Origin: a virus
Lineage: Duplodnaviria > Caudoviricetes
Virus record (IMG/VR): IMGVR_UViG_3300029305_005547
Location: 214,850 to 278,849 of that record
Direction: 5' to 3' (one strand)
Length of the DNA stretch: 64,000 bases
Position 1 is the stretch's first letter. Each line of letters opens with the position of its first letter. Of the stretch, positions 39,457 to 50,190 are shown piece by piece. The notes beneath the pieces are model-generated. The model was not told the DNA's origin. It did not search any database and worked only from the letters and a program-made list of their open reading frames with translations. A program made the translations under genes and the position numbers.

Positions 39457-39954
39457 TTATCTCCAGCTACCGATAGTAGAGAAATCAGAACCGTTCTTCT
39501 TTTTCTTCTTCTTGTTTCTTACGGATTCTGCCTTTTCAGCAATACTTGCTACCTTACGATAGTTCTTAGGCAAACACTCCATCATGGAACCAAGTTCAGA
39601 TGCATAACGAACTGCATCATTACCTGCATTAACGGCAACGCTCAAATACTTAAGCTGGTTTACGACTTCCTTAGCACCCTTGATCTTATTGATAACTTCT
39701 TCCTTATCATAAGGACGACCCTTAAAGGATGCCTGACACATTCTACATGTACAAGTCTGCTTTCCATCATTATAGATGGTAGGCTTTACCTTACCGCTCT
39801 TATTCAATGTGTGATGAACACACGCACCACGCAGCACTCTTGTCTGCTTCTTATTCTTACCACGGATCTTACCATTCTTTGTGGTATTCTGTTTGATTAC
39901 GGAAATAACACTTCCTTCAGTAATCTTGTAATCAGGTCTCTTATTCTTAGCCAT
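39457..39954 (-). CDS. Basic putative Zn-finger protein (165 aa)
   Basis: CVH...CTCRMC; AAAGGAG RBS; early motif at 39990-39999; poly-Lys tail. Confidence 0.7.
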   Translation of the reverse strand: MAKNKRPDYKITEGSVISVIKQNTTKNGKIRGKNKKQTRVLRGACVHHTLNKSGKVKPTIYNDGKQTCTCRMCQASFKGRPYDKEEVINKIKGAKEVVNQLKYLSVAVNAGNDAVRYASELGSMMECLPKNYRKVASIAEKAESVRNKKKKKKNGSDFSTIGSWR

Positions 39955-40017
39955 TGTTGTTAGCTCCTTTCGATTTTTACTTCAAATAAATAATATATCG
40001 TTATGTCTCAAAAGATA

Positions 40018-41061
40018 TTAGTTACTCTTGATACATTTAATCATTGTAACAGTGTCTTTCGTTACATCTTCTGTTCCGTCCATACTGAAAATGTACAACG
40101 GTTTAACAGATTCAAACTGGTTCTTAAGTGCACGACAACCAACAAGGGTGAATGCTTTAACCTTATTTTCAATCATGCTGTTGACAACATTTGTCAAATT
40201 CTCATCATTTATGATTGATCCATCTTCACCAACAGTCACCTGATATGAAGTGAATGGTATATTCTCTCCGAGGGCATCACTAATAGGATGATGATTGACC
40301 AGCTCACCAATAACTTCATCACTCATACTAACGGGTGATACAAAGAATGATGTTATAATAGACGGCGTATAACGAACAAAGCGTCTTGCAGTCTTTTTGA
40401 TCTTGAACTTCTGATCAATCCCGCTCAGTCTCTTGATAAGTTCAGGTTTCTTAATCGTAGACTGAACTGCTTTCAAACCACCAGTCTCAGTAACAACATT
40501 CATTCTGAAATGAATGAATTCTTCGTCTTTTACAGTATCTACCATAATAAGACTTGTTTCTTTTGCCGGTTTTTCCTGATTCTTAATATCTTCAAGTGCA
40601 CCTTCATATACACGCATAATACAAGCAATTGCAGAAGGTGTATGGAATGTACAAATGATTTCACCGACGTCATGATTTACATTCGATCTGATGTATGAAT
40701 AATCTGTACCAACTAACAGAATAACGATCCGGTCTCTCGACTCGGTGTTTAAACCTGCCAGGTATGGATTTAAATTCTTGGAATTGATAAATGCAGATCC
40801 AAAAGGAATTTCTAACTCCTGCATAGAAATACCGTTCTCATTGGTTTCGATATCTCCGATAACAACGTTAGCAGGACTGAATTCTGCATCATCGGGGAAC
40901 TGTTTAGTAGCTCCACCAAGCTTAATTTTTTGCAATACTTTTTTATCCTCAGATTCGAGGAAATAGTTGAGAACTAAACGTCCTGCAACTTTGTGTTCTT
41001 CACCACCAATGCCCCATTTAGCATGGTTAGTTTTTCCTATTGTAATGATATTGACTTTCAT
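40018..41061 (-). CDS. Hypothetical protein (347 aa)
   Basis: Long ORF in the tubulin cluster. Confidence 0.7.
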   Translation of the reverse strand: MKVNIITIGKTNHAKWGIGGEEHKVAGRLVLNYFLESEDKKVLQKIKLGGATKQFPDDAEFSPANVVIGDIETNENGISMQELEIPFGSAFINSKNLNPYLAGLNTESRDRIVILLVGTDYSYIRSNVNHDVGEIICTFHTPSAIACIMRVYEGALEDIKNQEKPAKETSLIMVDTVKDEEFIHFRMNVVTETGGLKAVQSTIKKPELIKRLSGIDQKFKIKKTARRFVRYTPSIITSFFVSPVSMSDEVIGELVNHHPISDALGENIPFTSYQVTVGEDGSIINDENLTNVVNSMIENKVKAFTLVGCRALKNQFESVKPLYIFSMDGTEDVTKDTVTMIKCIKSN

Positions 41062-41089
41062 TTTATTACCCTCGCTTTTCTCTTACTTC

Positions 41090-42037
41090 TTATAAGAACT
41101 CTTCGATACTGGAATCCGAGTCTTTGATCTTCGCAATCACCTTAGTGATATTAGGGAAGTCATTCTCCGGCAATGTACCAAGGAAGAATCTTCTGTTGGA
41201 ATCCTTGCTCATTCCTTTATCGCGCTTACGTGCCTTGAAGTAAGCAAGCAGGATTTCACGGATCTCAACCTTGTCCATCTCTTCCATGGTATTAAATACC
41301 CAATCGGAAACCTTATAGAAGAATTCTTTCTGCTTCTCATCCAGATTTACAAAATCAGACTTTCTTTCAAGCAGAAGGTAAGTGATCAGTTCAGGATAAT
41401 GATTGCTTGTAATCACGTACTTAGCAATAACAGCGAAATCAATATCTTCTGTTTTAGCATGTGCATACAGCACCTGCATAAGCTGTCTCATACGATAAAT
41501 TCCACGCTCCAAAACTTTATTTGTAGGAACTACGCTCAGACAGTCAAATGCCAATTCCTTACTAACACCAGCTTTATCAAGCTTCTTCATCTTCTTACGA
41601 AGAATCATGTTAGAAAGATTGATGAGATCTGAAAGATCATAACCCTTTGCATCAGGATCTTCTTCCTTATCCTTACGGTGCTGGATTGTGGCTTCTTTGA
41701 TCACATCGTAAATAACGATAGGAAGCATCTCGATATTATCAATATCATCTCCCTTATCAACGCTCTTTGTAATCTTCTTTACAAGCTTCTTATCAAACAA
41801 ACGCTCGTAAATTTCTCCCTTAAGCTCGACAACTTTGTCGATATGGGAGTAATTAACCAGAAGCTTAATTACTTCAGGTAATTCACTGAGCAGCATTTCA
41901 TAGTAGCCCTTTTTCTGTTCTTTCTTGGACTCATAGCCGTCAGCATAATGTTTTCTGTACTTCTTTTCGGTTAAAGATGCAAACAACTTTACATCTTCAG
42001 GAATCTTAAATTCCTTTTTCTGGTTGTTACTACTCAT
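41090..42037 (-). CDS. Helical hypothetical protein (start revised to MSSNNQ)
   Basis: AAGGAG RBS before ATG 42037; biased codon usage suggests high expression. Confidence 0.7.
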   Translation of the reverse strand: MSSNNQKKEFKIPEDVKLFASLTEKKYRKHYADGYESKKEQKKGYYEMLLSELPEVIKLLVNYSHIDKVVELKGEIYERLFDKKLVKKITKSVDKGDDIDNIEMLPIVIYDVIKEATIQHRKDKEEDPDAKGYDLSDLINLSNMILRKKMKKLDKAGVSKELAFDCLSVVPTNKVLERGIYRMRQLMQVLYAHAKTEDIDFAVIAKYVITSNHYPELITYLLLERKSDFVNLDEKQKEFFYKVSDWVFNTMEEMDKVEIREILLAYFKARKRDKGMSKDSNRRFFLGTLPENDFPNITKVIAKIKDSDSSIEEFL

Positions 42038-42164
42038 TTTTGATTCTCCTTCTTTCTTAAAATTTCGAAATAAATTTTGGTAACGTAACAACTGTTAGAT
42101 TTCTCTAATAGTTAAAGTTACGTTACCAAATAAATAATTTATTATTTCGATTAGAAAATAGAAA

Positions 42165-43337
42165 TTATTTTTTCGTTTTGAACTTGTCAAACAAACCGGA
42201 GATATCGATCTGTTCAGGCTGTCCATTACTAGCACCTGCAGGACGTCTGTAAACTCTCTTTTCCTGAATTCCACTAAGGAGGCTTTCATCAAGTTCCATT
42301 TCATCCTGTTTCTTCTTCTGTGCTTCATTAATTTCATCGATACGATCTTTGATCTTTGCAATACGATCGTTCACAGGAGTCAAACCTGTTGCAATGTAAA
42401 ATACATTGTTAGGGAGTTTTCTTTCAGCATTGATAGATACATGTTCAAATTCCTCAATAGGAGCTCCAATAAGCTTCTGTACCTTAGGAACATGCGTATC
42501 AAATCTTGCCAACATAGATTCGCTAAGATTAGCGATAAGACCTGTTCTGTTAACGATACTGTCAAACTGCATTTCGCAATGAGCATTTTTCTTAAGTTCT
42601 GTAAGCAGCTTATCTTCCAGTGTTTCATCGTCATCACAGTCTTTTTCTTTCACATCCATAAGTGAACCTACTACAATACGACCGGGTGTTGTAACCAAAG
42701 TCATAGCATCACGTTCATCAATGGAATTGAAAGTTGTAGGAGCATTGTAATAACAACGAAGAGCATTAATGTCTTCAACGATTCTCTCATTTACTTTAGT
42801 AAGAGTTTCTACTGTTGACATCTTAGAAAACTTTTCATTGTCATACATCATGTAAGTAGGTGAGTCTGATAACTCATATAATTCAGTAAGATACTGAAGA
42901 GTGTTCGCCTGCGTTGCGAGGGCTTCATTTAATGTAGGTAAAATACCTACAGAAATAGGGAACACAGGTTTCTCATACTTCTGAGAAATCATAGAGATGA
43001 TGTTCGTGAAAAGAACTGACATTCCAGATCCTGTTCCACCACCGGTACTACTTACAACAAATACAATATCCAAACCTCCAAGGAAGGATTTAAACTGATC
43101 GTCTGCTACTACTTCCATAATAGCATTCTGTAAAAAGTTCTTTGCTTCCTCTCTGTTTTTACCTGCACCTTTTCCATCCCCAATGAGGATACGATTCTGA
43201 ACACTTGCAGGTAAAGTATTCATATCGTTTTCGCTACAGTTGAATGCAAATACAGGAATATCAGGATATTTCTTTGTACTTAATGCACATACCTGATTTC
43301 CAGCATTACCGCATCCGATAATTCCTACGTTTAACAT
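42165..43337 (-). CDS. Tubulin/FtsZ-family GTPase (PhuZ/TubZ-like)
   Basis: GCGNAG, GAGKNR, signature GGGTGSG, DNEK, T7-like SIDERD, C-terminal coiled coil and tail. Confidence 0.9.
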   Translation of the reverse strand: MLNVGIIGCGNAGNQVCALSTKKYPDIPVFAFNCSENDMNTLPASVQNRILIGDGKGAGKNREEAKNFLQNAIMEVVADDQFKSFLGGLDIVFVVSSTGGGTGSGMSVLFTNIISMISQKYEKPVFPISVGILPTLNEALATQANTLQYLTELYELSDSPTYMMYDNEKFSKMSTVETLTKVNERIVEDINALRCYYNAPTTFNSIDERDAMTLVTTPGRIVVGSLMDVKEKDCDDDETLEDKLLTELKKNAHCEMQFDSIVNRTGLIANLSESMLARFDTHVPKVQKLIGAPIEEFEHVSINAERKLPNNVFYIATGLTPVNDRIAKIKDRIDEINEAQKKKQDEMELDESLLSGIQEKRVYRRPAGASNGQPEQIDISGLFDKFKTKK

Positions 43338-43474
43338 AGTAATTCTCCTTTCTTAACGTTGTTTAACTTGGAATTTTTCTGGATATCTTAAGTTAAATTA
43401 AGTTATCTCTACTTAAATAATATATTACTGAAGTGCAAAACTCTATTTCAAGTTTGCACTTCAGCAAATTGTTG

Positions 43475-44485
43475 TTATGAACTGTAAATTCTATAGATAA
43501 TTACGAAATCCTTTGTTAAGGATAAGTTATTAACCTGGAAAGTTAATTTAGAGAATAATCTCACGTTCTCGTAATCACCCTTTGTTGCATTGTATCTACC
43601 TGTAAACAATGCAATTGTATTGATACGTGTCTCATCAATATTTGATGTAGCATCAAACCATTCCTTGATATCCTTAGGAGTAATCTTAAGAACCATCTCG
43701 GTGTATGTTTCGATTGTAGATGAGTTCGTAGTATTAGTACGAGGATAATACTCAGTCTGAGAAACCTCATTCGTACTTTCAGTTTCATCGGAAGCTGCCT
43801 TCCAGAAGTGGTTGATTGTAGGATCACCTTCAAACTTCTTTAAATAATATCCGATATTATCAGTATTAGAAGCTGTCCATGTTCCAGTCTTGCCGAAATA
43901 TTTAATAGCATCAGCTTCAGATAACTGATTAGGAGTAAATCTAAAAGGAATCATTACTCCGTTCATAGGTGCACCATCTTCAGTACCAAGACTCTCCTGA
44001 ATCGAATACTCTTTGTAATCAACAGGAGGTTTTGTCAATACATTAAGTGCAGAACCTGTAATACCAACACCGAAAAGACATACATACTCTCCAAGAGGAT
44101 GTGTAATTTCTTTTTTAGCATTAGCAGTATCACCATTAAGGTGAGGAACATGATATTCAACAACCTCACCAGCTGCCTTGTAATCACCAACTGTAACATC
44201 GGGAAGACCGATAGTATTTCCAGATACTTCATATAAAGTAGGAACTTTTACAGGTCCTTTAACACCAAACAGCTGCTCAAAAGAATACTGGCAACCACCG
44301 AGAGGAATCATATTCTCTTCATCAAATGTCGTTTCACCAAGAGATGAAACACCATTAACGTCTCTTGTAAAGCCATATCCGCCCATTACTCGTGTTCTCT
44401 GATAAATACCAGATCTATGGAGCTTAGGCATAGGCATCAATTTATCAGCCATGCCGATATTGTCTTTTAAAATTAAATTTGACAT
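43475..44485 (-). CDS. Putative baseplate/tail structural protein
   Basis: LFGVG..G, MIPFR, YYLKKF and RLFSKLTF motifs typical of jumbo-phage baseplate-region proteins; follows the wedge-like gene. Confidence 0.5.
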   Translation of the reverse strand: MSNLILKDNIGMADKLMPMPKLHRSGIYQRTRVMGGYGFTRDVNGVSSLGETTFDEENMIPLGGCQYSFEQLFGVKGPVKVPTLYEVSGNTIGLPDVTVGDYKAAGEVVEYHVPHLNGDTANAKKEITHPLGEYVCLFGVGITGSALNVLTKPPVDYKEYSIQESLGTEDGAPMNGVMIPFRFTPNQLSEADAIKYFGKTGTWTASNTDNIGYYLKKFEGDPTINHFWKAASDETESTNEVSQTEYYPRTNTTNSSTIETYTEMVLKITPKDIKEWFDATSNIDETRINTIALFTGRYNATKGDYENVRLFSKLTFQVNNLSLTKDFVIIYRIYSS

Positions 44486-44549
44486 TTTTCACGTCCACCT
44501 TTCTTTAAAGTGTGTTCATTAATATAATTGTTTTCACCTAAGAAAAAAC

Positions 44550-47500
44550 TTAGGATTCTTCATACATAATAAGTTCTTCACGCAATGTAAATGTTTCACT
44601 ATGTTCTTCAGTTTCTGTTATTTCTGCTAACGTATCAATATAATTAATAGTTCTTTCATCAAAATCCAGAACTTTAATTAAATCAATTCCGTCATTTAAT
44701 TTGATTTTAGAATCATCAGTAAGTGGTACAGTTTGAATGATTTTATTTATTTCATCACTTCTAAATAATTTACAGCAATCAAGCCATAATGTAGAATAGA
44801 AGTCTGCTTCCACTATATAAAGCATATAGTCATCATGATAAAGAGTTTCGTTAAAAATAACTTTATCTTTCATATCACGCAAATAACATGTATGATCACG
44901 ACAAGGATATGTTTTGTTTTTACATATTCTCTTAACATCACTTCCTTTAACAGATAAAAGTTCAATCCATTCACGAATTCCTTCAACACCTGTTGACGAA
45001 ATCACTAAGTCGAATCCTTTATCAGTTAAAATCTCGTTAACTTTATCAAGTGATTCGAATATCAATGTCACAAGTCTTTCAGGTGAAAACTTAAGTTCAT
45101 CTGTATATGGATTATATGAATCAATCATTGAATATGCAAAATATACTTTTTTCAAATGATCCCTAATAGCACATGCTACACATTCATTTTCGTTAGCATC
45201 TGTCGAAAGTAATAGATCTCTGTAATGATTAATATAATCCAAAAATTCTTTTGAATCATATCCATAATATCTGCATTCTTTTTCACCATCACCTTCATTG
45301 TATGTTCCTGAACATGATGATTTATTGTTATGGCAGAAATTCCTACAATGACCAAAATTTTTACACTTACTACAATCAACGTTATTCACAGAGGATACAT
45401 CTTTAAGAATAACATCTTGATACTGGCGTATCCATTCTTTATACTTTAAGGGATCAATTTCTTTTGTAGTTTCAATAATTTTCATTGTGTCTGAATACAT
45501 AAGTGGAAATGAATCCTTTGGTACAATAGACATATAAATCTTATAGTACTCTACTAACTTAAATAAGTTATCAGGTCTCATATCGAATATATATTCAGTA
45601 GTAACATCAATTAAATCTGTCGTATAAGACTTGAAAAATTTGATGAGTTTAATCAAATAATTAAGAAGTGATGAATTACTATCATTCACAGTGTAAAGAG
45701 TATGTAAATCATGCACGATCTTTTCAAGTCGTGAAATTGTGTGATCGATATATGTATAAATAATATCATCACTTGCTTCAACTATTGCATTATATAATGC
45801 AGGATTCATAAGTGATAAATATTCAAGATAAGTTTCAGCAGGTTTTCCTGTGTTACCCATCATAAATATTTCTGCGTTTTCATGACCTATAAACAAAGCA
45901 TTGTAAAAATCTCTCCATGCTCTATACTCAAATAGATTTTCTGCTTCAGACATTTTTCTACCAAGGAAATATCCAAGTCCTTTTATATTTTGATACATAT
46001 CATTTATAGCAGTAATTTTCTCTTTTGTTGTAGCCTGGTTAAGAGTGAGAACAGATAAATATTTAAAAAACTGATCTTTCTCTTCAGGTCGTAAAAATCT
46101 AGATGGATTATTTACAATTTCTTTATAAGTTTCGGCATTCGTTAACAATTCAAAATTAAATGCTAACGTATCACACGGTCTATAACCGTCAACATCTTCA
46201 GTTATATATCCCATTACATCCATAATAGAGGAATATCTTGTAAGAATTTCTCCTCTAAGATGATATTGCTTTGATATTAATGCACAAAGGAATACAACTA
46301 TTTCGAAAAGACTGATATTCATTGTACCTGTTATTTTAGGCAATGTTACAAATACATCAGTTGTCTCATCTTTTTTATCTAGTAACATCCTTAGAAGTAA
46401 GATATTCTCATATAAAACCTCCGACATCTTATAACTAATAGACATTCCAAGATATTTAGTTTCACGATAATTATAATGAATATGAGTAACTTCAGATTCA
46501 GTTTCTGCTGTATGTTTCGTATAATCACCATATACTTCAGCAAATGTATCAGCATCATCCCACCAAAGAGGATCTTCTAATGTAATTGATTCGAAATCAA
46601 CTCGTTTAGATTCATCTGTTAATGCTACTTGGAAGTTCGTTTCTTCAATATCAACTTTCTGAAAATACACATCATACATATTTTTCAGATCATTGATAAT
46701 TACTTCTTTATCAACCAATCGACCTTCACTATCAATAGTAGGTTCAACCGTTGTTGTATCGAAATACATAAGATTTTCATCACTGTCAAATTCTCGTTCC
46801 TTTACAAGATAATACTTATAAACGTTCACATCGTGATATCCAAGAATTGATGCAATATCCATAATAACTCTTGTTGTTGCCTTATTTTGAATTAAATAAT
46901 TTAAATTCTTAACAAGACGACGTTGTGTTTGATACGGAAGTGATGGATAATATGGAACTCCATACATTTCGAATAATAAACGAACCATGGTTTCATCATA
47001 AAAATCACGGTCTATTGCCGTCTGCATTGATCTAGCCATCGTCTGTGATACAGCCAACTGGACAATTGCAAGTCCAATGAAATTATCATAATAATCATAC
47101 ACGCTTCTATAATAAAAATTATATACTGTATTTACCATATAATCTCTTGCAGCACTATATGATACGGAAAATACCCATTGAATAACATCTCGTGTACAAG
47201 AAGGAATATAAAGAATATCAAAATTCTTAGCACTTCTTGCTTTCAATATAGGAATTCTTTTACTTCCAATATGATTAAGATATTCATCATTTGGATGGTC
47301 TTTAATAAGTTTATCCAAATATCCATTTGATTCCAAAATAGTTACAAATCGTTCTCCATAATATGAACCAATACAATGGATAGGAACCTTATTTGAAATA
47401 CCGTAAACGCTTCCAACATCCGATGTAACGTAATAATATCCAGACAAAAGGATGTTATCACCTACAACGACATTTTTATTATTCAGCAATGCTTCTGATA

Positions 47501-48338
47501 ACTTTATCATTTCATTACTATCATAATTATCCACAGTATCTTCTACAACAATAAAACTATTTGTGAAATAATAAGTAGTATCAAGTGTATCTCCAATATT
47601 AACATGAAAATACTTACCAATGATTTCATCTCCAGGAATACTTTCTGTTTCTGGAATACTATAAAGTATCGATTGTACATCTTTAAGATATACAGATTTC
47701 ACTGAAATATCAATGGTATCATCATTTCCTACGATAAGAAAAGATCTTGAAAAAGATGATTTTTCATTTTGAATTACAGCATTACTTATATAAATATGAT
47801 TACCAACATCAAATAAATTATTACCCATAATATTATAAGCTGAGGTTTTGGATATTCTCATACTTGTGTAATCGTTGATAAGTTCATAGTCATCATCTTC
47901 TACAACAAGAAGTGATTTATTCATAATAGAAGTAACTATAGATGCACCTGCTAATCCTTTAGGAGGTAAACCATTAAGTATTCTATAATAATCATTTGGC
48001 TCATCATATGTTTTGATTACAGTTTCTCTTCTAATTAAAAGAAGTTTATTCTGTAGAGCCTTAGGAATTTCAATTTCACCGTTCTGGTACTTCTTTATAA
48101 GTTCTTCATCAAAAACTCCTGCTTCAATATACTCGGATTTAGTATACTCATAAAGACCAAACGAATCAGTCTTATTAATAGCAGCAATATAGGTATCACT
48201 ATATTGACGGTTTTCAAGAGTTTCATATTTATCAGCTTTAATGCTGAATTTTACAACAAGTCCAGAAAGGATTGTTCTTAATTCATCGTATATTTGTGAT
48301 AACGGATTTATATCCGTATCTCTAGGAATACTAGCCAT
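44550..48338 (-). CDS. Putative baseplate wedge-like structural protein (start revised to MASIPRD, 1262 aa)
   Basis: AAAGGA RBS; CACA-N6-TA at 48365-48376; EPNDYYRILNGLP, LIQNKATT and FFKSYT motifs. The family assignment is from recall only. Confidence 0.55.
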   Translation of the reverse strand: MASIPRDTDINPLSQIYDELRTILSGLVVKFSIKADKYETLENRQYSDTYIAAINKTDSFGLYEYTKSEYIEAGVFDEELIKKYQNGEIEIPKALQNKLLLIRRETVIKTYDEPNDYYRILNGLPPKGLAGASIVTSIMNKSLLVVEDDDYELINDYTSMRISKTSAYNIMGNNLFDVGNHIYISNAVIQNEKSSFSRSFLIVGNDDTIDISVKSVYLKDVQSILYSIPETESIPGDEIIGKYFHVNIGDTLDTTYYFTNSFIVVEDTVDNYDSNEMIKLSEALLNNKNVVVGDNILLSGYYYVTSDVGSVYGISNKVPIHCIGSYYGERFVTILESNGYLDKLIKDHPNDEYLNHIGSKRIPILKARSAKNFDILYIPSCTRDVIQWVFSVSYSAARDYMVNTVYNFYYRSVYDYYDNFIGLAIVQLAVSQTMARSMQTAIDRDFYDETMVRLLFEMYGVPYYPSLPYQTQRRLVKNLNYLIQNKATTRVIMDIASILGYHDVNVYKYYLVKEREFDSDENLMYFDTTTVEPTIDSEGRLVDKEVIINDLKNMYDVYFQKVDIEETNFQVALTDESKRVDFESITLEDPLWWDDADTFAEVYGDYTKHTAETESEVTHIHYNYRETKYLGMSISYKMSEVLYENILLLRMLLDKKDETTDVFVTLPKITGTMNISLFEIVVFLCALISKQYHLRGEILTRYSSIMDVMGYITEDVDGYRPCDTLAFNFELLTNAETYKEIVNNPSRFLRPEEKDQFFKYLSVLTLNQATTKEKITAINDMYQNIKGLGYFLGRKMSEAENLFEYRAWRDFYNALFIGHENAEIFMMGNTGKPAETYLEYLSLMNPALYNAIVEASDDIIYTYIDHTISRLEKIVHDLHTLYTVNDSNSSLLNYLIKLIKFFKSYTTDLIDVTTEYIFDMRPDNLFKLVEYYKIYMSIVPKDSFPLMYSDTMKIIETTKEIDPLKYKEWIRQYQDVILKDVSSVNNVDCSKCKNFGHCRNFCHNNKSSCSGTYNEGDGEKECRYYGYDSKEFLDYINHYRDLLLSTDANENECVACAIRDHLKKVYFAYSMIDSYNPYTDELKFSPERLVTLIFESLDKVNEILTDKGFDLVISSTGVEGIREWIELLSVKGSDVKRICKNKTYPCRDHTCYLRDMKDKVIFNETLYHDDYMLYIVEADFYSTLWLDCCKLFRSDEINKIIQTVPLTDDSKIKLNDGIDLIKVLDFDERTINYIDTLAEITETEEHSETFTLREELIMYEES

Positions 48339-48627
48339 ACTTAAATCATTCCTTTCTTTTTGATTAAAGAATTGTGCTTTAAGAATTAATAAAAAACGTA
48401 ACATGGAGTTAAATATGTAGCGGCAACATCTTTTGTAATTATATGTCATAAGTGCAAGATGTATTTAAATACAAGTACTACATGCAGTCTCCTATTGTAT
48501 GGAAAGTATGTGACGACATACTTATGAATATTCCAACCCGCTACGAGAAAATGGGACACATCGGAAGATGTGTCCCATCATATTTTACTTCTTATAAAAC
48601 AACAAATTTAATGGAGGTGAAAAGAAG

Positions 48628-49272
48628 ATGCCAAAAAATTTACCTGATATTGAATATGCCGAAGGGTCAGAATATGATAAAAGTATAGTACCTTTTATCG
48701 ATTCAAAGAAGGCATTATATACAATTCCCTATTATAAGGATGAAAGTTATTTTTCTAACTTAGATTCTTATCAAAAATTTGTAAAGGCAGTTGAAAAACT
48801 TGTAAGATCTTCAGATAGATACAGTAAATACAAAGCGTATCTTATGGGAGAAGCAAGAATGGATCACTGCCAGGTTCTTAAAGATGTAACTACCCAAGAT
48901 GCTGAAATTGAAATGCATCATGGTCCAATATTTACTCTTTATGATTATTGCTCGATTATCCTTGAATACTGCCTTATTCAAAAATGGAAAATTACAACTT
49001 TCCGTGTTGCAGATGAGGTATTAAAAGAGCACGAAAAAAATAACATCCAAGTTGTTATGTTATCTGCTACAATCCATGAGCAGGTTCATAATAGAAATAT
49101 CTTTATCAATCCAGATCAGGCTTTTGGAAATTTACAAAAGTTTATTGAAAAATATGCTTGTGCAATCGGACCTGATTTGAGGGATAAATTTAATAGATAT
49201 TATGATAGAGCTATTATTTCAGAATCTACTGATTATGGTACTCTTGACTTAAATAACAAGCTTTGGAATTAA
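48628..49272 (+). CDS. HNH-like fold protein, paralog of 55820..56491
   Basis: C.VL...IEMHHGPIFTLYD...LSATIHEQVH; GGAGG RBS. Confidence 0.6.
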   Translation: MPKNLPDIEYAEGSEYDKSIVPFIDSKKALYTIPYYKDESYFSNLDSYQKFVKAVEKLVRSSDRYSKYKAYLMGEARMDHCQVLKDVTTQDAEIEMHHGPIFTLYDYCSIILEYCLIQKWKITTFRVADEVLKEHEKNNIQVVMLSATIHEQVHNRNIFINPDQAFGNLQKFIEKYACAIGPDLRDKFNRYYDRAIISESTDYGTLDLNNKLWN

Positions 49273-49273
49273 A

Positions 49274-49307
49274 AAATAAGGAAACTGATTTCTCAGTTTC
49301 CTTATTT
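49274..49307. terminator. Bidirectional intrinsic terminator
   Basis: AAATAAGGAAACTGA/TCAGTTTCCTTATTT inverted repeat. Confidence 0.8.
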
Positions 49308-49309
49308 CT

Positions 49310-49504
49310 TTATTTCTTAGATTCCATGTCTGCATATCTTTGACGCAGTTCGGATTCTATTTTGAAAATCTCAACATCTTTTTTTCGTTTTTCGTGCCGT
49401 TCGTTTATAGTTATTGCTACAATAGCAGCAGATACTATTCCAATAGCAACAACACCACCAACATTTGTTTCAAATCTAAAAGTATTATGATTCATATTAA
49501 TCAC
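49310..49504 (-). CDS. Small membrane protein
   Basis: AGGAGG RBS; one TM helix followed by a charged tail. Confidence 0.6.
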   Translation of the reverse strand: MINMNHNTFRFETNVGGVVAIGIVSAAIVAITINERHEKRKKDVEIFKIESELRQRYADMESKK

Positions 49505-49587
49505 CTCCTGTTTTATACATAATAATATTACATCATTGAAAATTTATGCTTTTCACAATAAAATAATTCATAAATTAGGAGGTCAAT

Positions 49588-50151
49588 ATGAATACTTTAA
49601 TAGTTAATATACTTCTTGGTGTAATTATTATTTCAGTCATTCTTTTTACTATCATGGGACTTATAGCAGGTTGGACTGCTATTTACATAAAGTTCTTTAA
49701 AAAAATACATTACAACAAGAAAAAAGAAAAGATTTTGAAAAAACTGACTTGGATGAAAAATCTTGATCCAGAAGAACAGAATTATTATAGAACTCGTATG
49801 GAAAAATACGAGGAATTCATTGCAAAAGATATAGTTCTTAATAATAAAGAGATTTCTATCGAGTGTATAGAGAAAACAGAAAGAATTAAAGACCTTATAG
49901 ACTCTATGATTGAGCTAGAAGTGTATTCTGCATTAAGAGCTAATATTTCATTAAATACGAAATACGAAATACTTAAGTTAGATGAAGACGTTCAAAAAAT
50001 TTCAACTAATGTGTTTGCTGGATTGAATAAACAAATAAGTTCATCTGAACTGGTATTTTCCACCGATTATATTATGAAGTATATTATTTCGAAATCATTT
50101 AATATGACTTTACGAACGGTTATTGAAATCAATGCTTCAGTAATAGACTAA
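49588..50151 (+). CDS. Membrane-anchored hypothetical protein (187 aa)
   Basis: AGGAGG RBS; N-terminal TM helix; CACA-N6-TA at 49554-49565. Confidence 0.65.
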   Translation: MNTLIVNILLGVIIISVILFTIMGLIAGWTAIYIKFFKKIHYNKKKEKILKKLTWMKNLDPEEQNYYRTRMEKYEEFIAKDIVLNNKEISIECIEKTERIKDLIDSMIELEVYSALRANISLNTKYEILKLDEDVQKISTNVFAGLNKQISSSELVFSTDYIMKYIISKSFNMTLRTVIEINASVID

Positions 50152-50156
50152 AAAAT

Positions 50157-50190
50157 AATCCCTGATATGGTTTTATCCATATCAGGGATT
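50157..50190. terminator. Bidirectional intrinsic terminator
   Basis: AATCCCTGATATGG/CCATATCAGGGATT inverted repeat. Confidence 0.8.
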
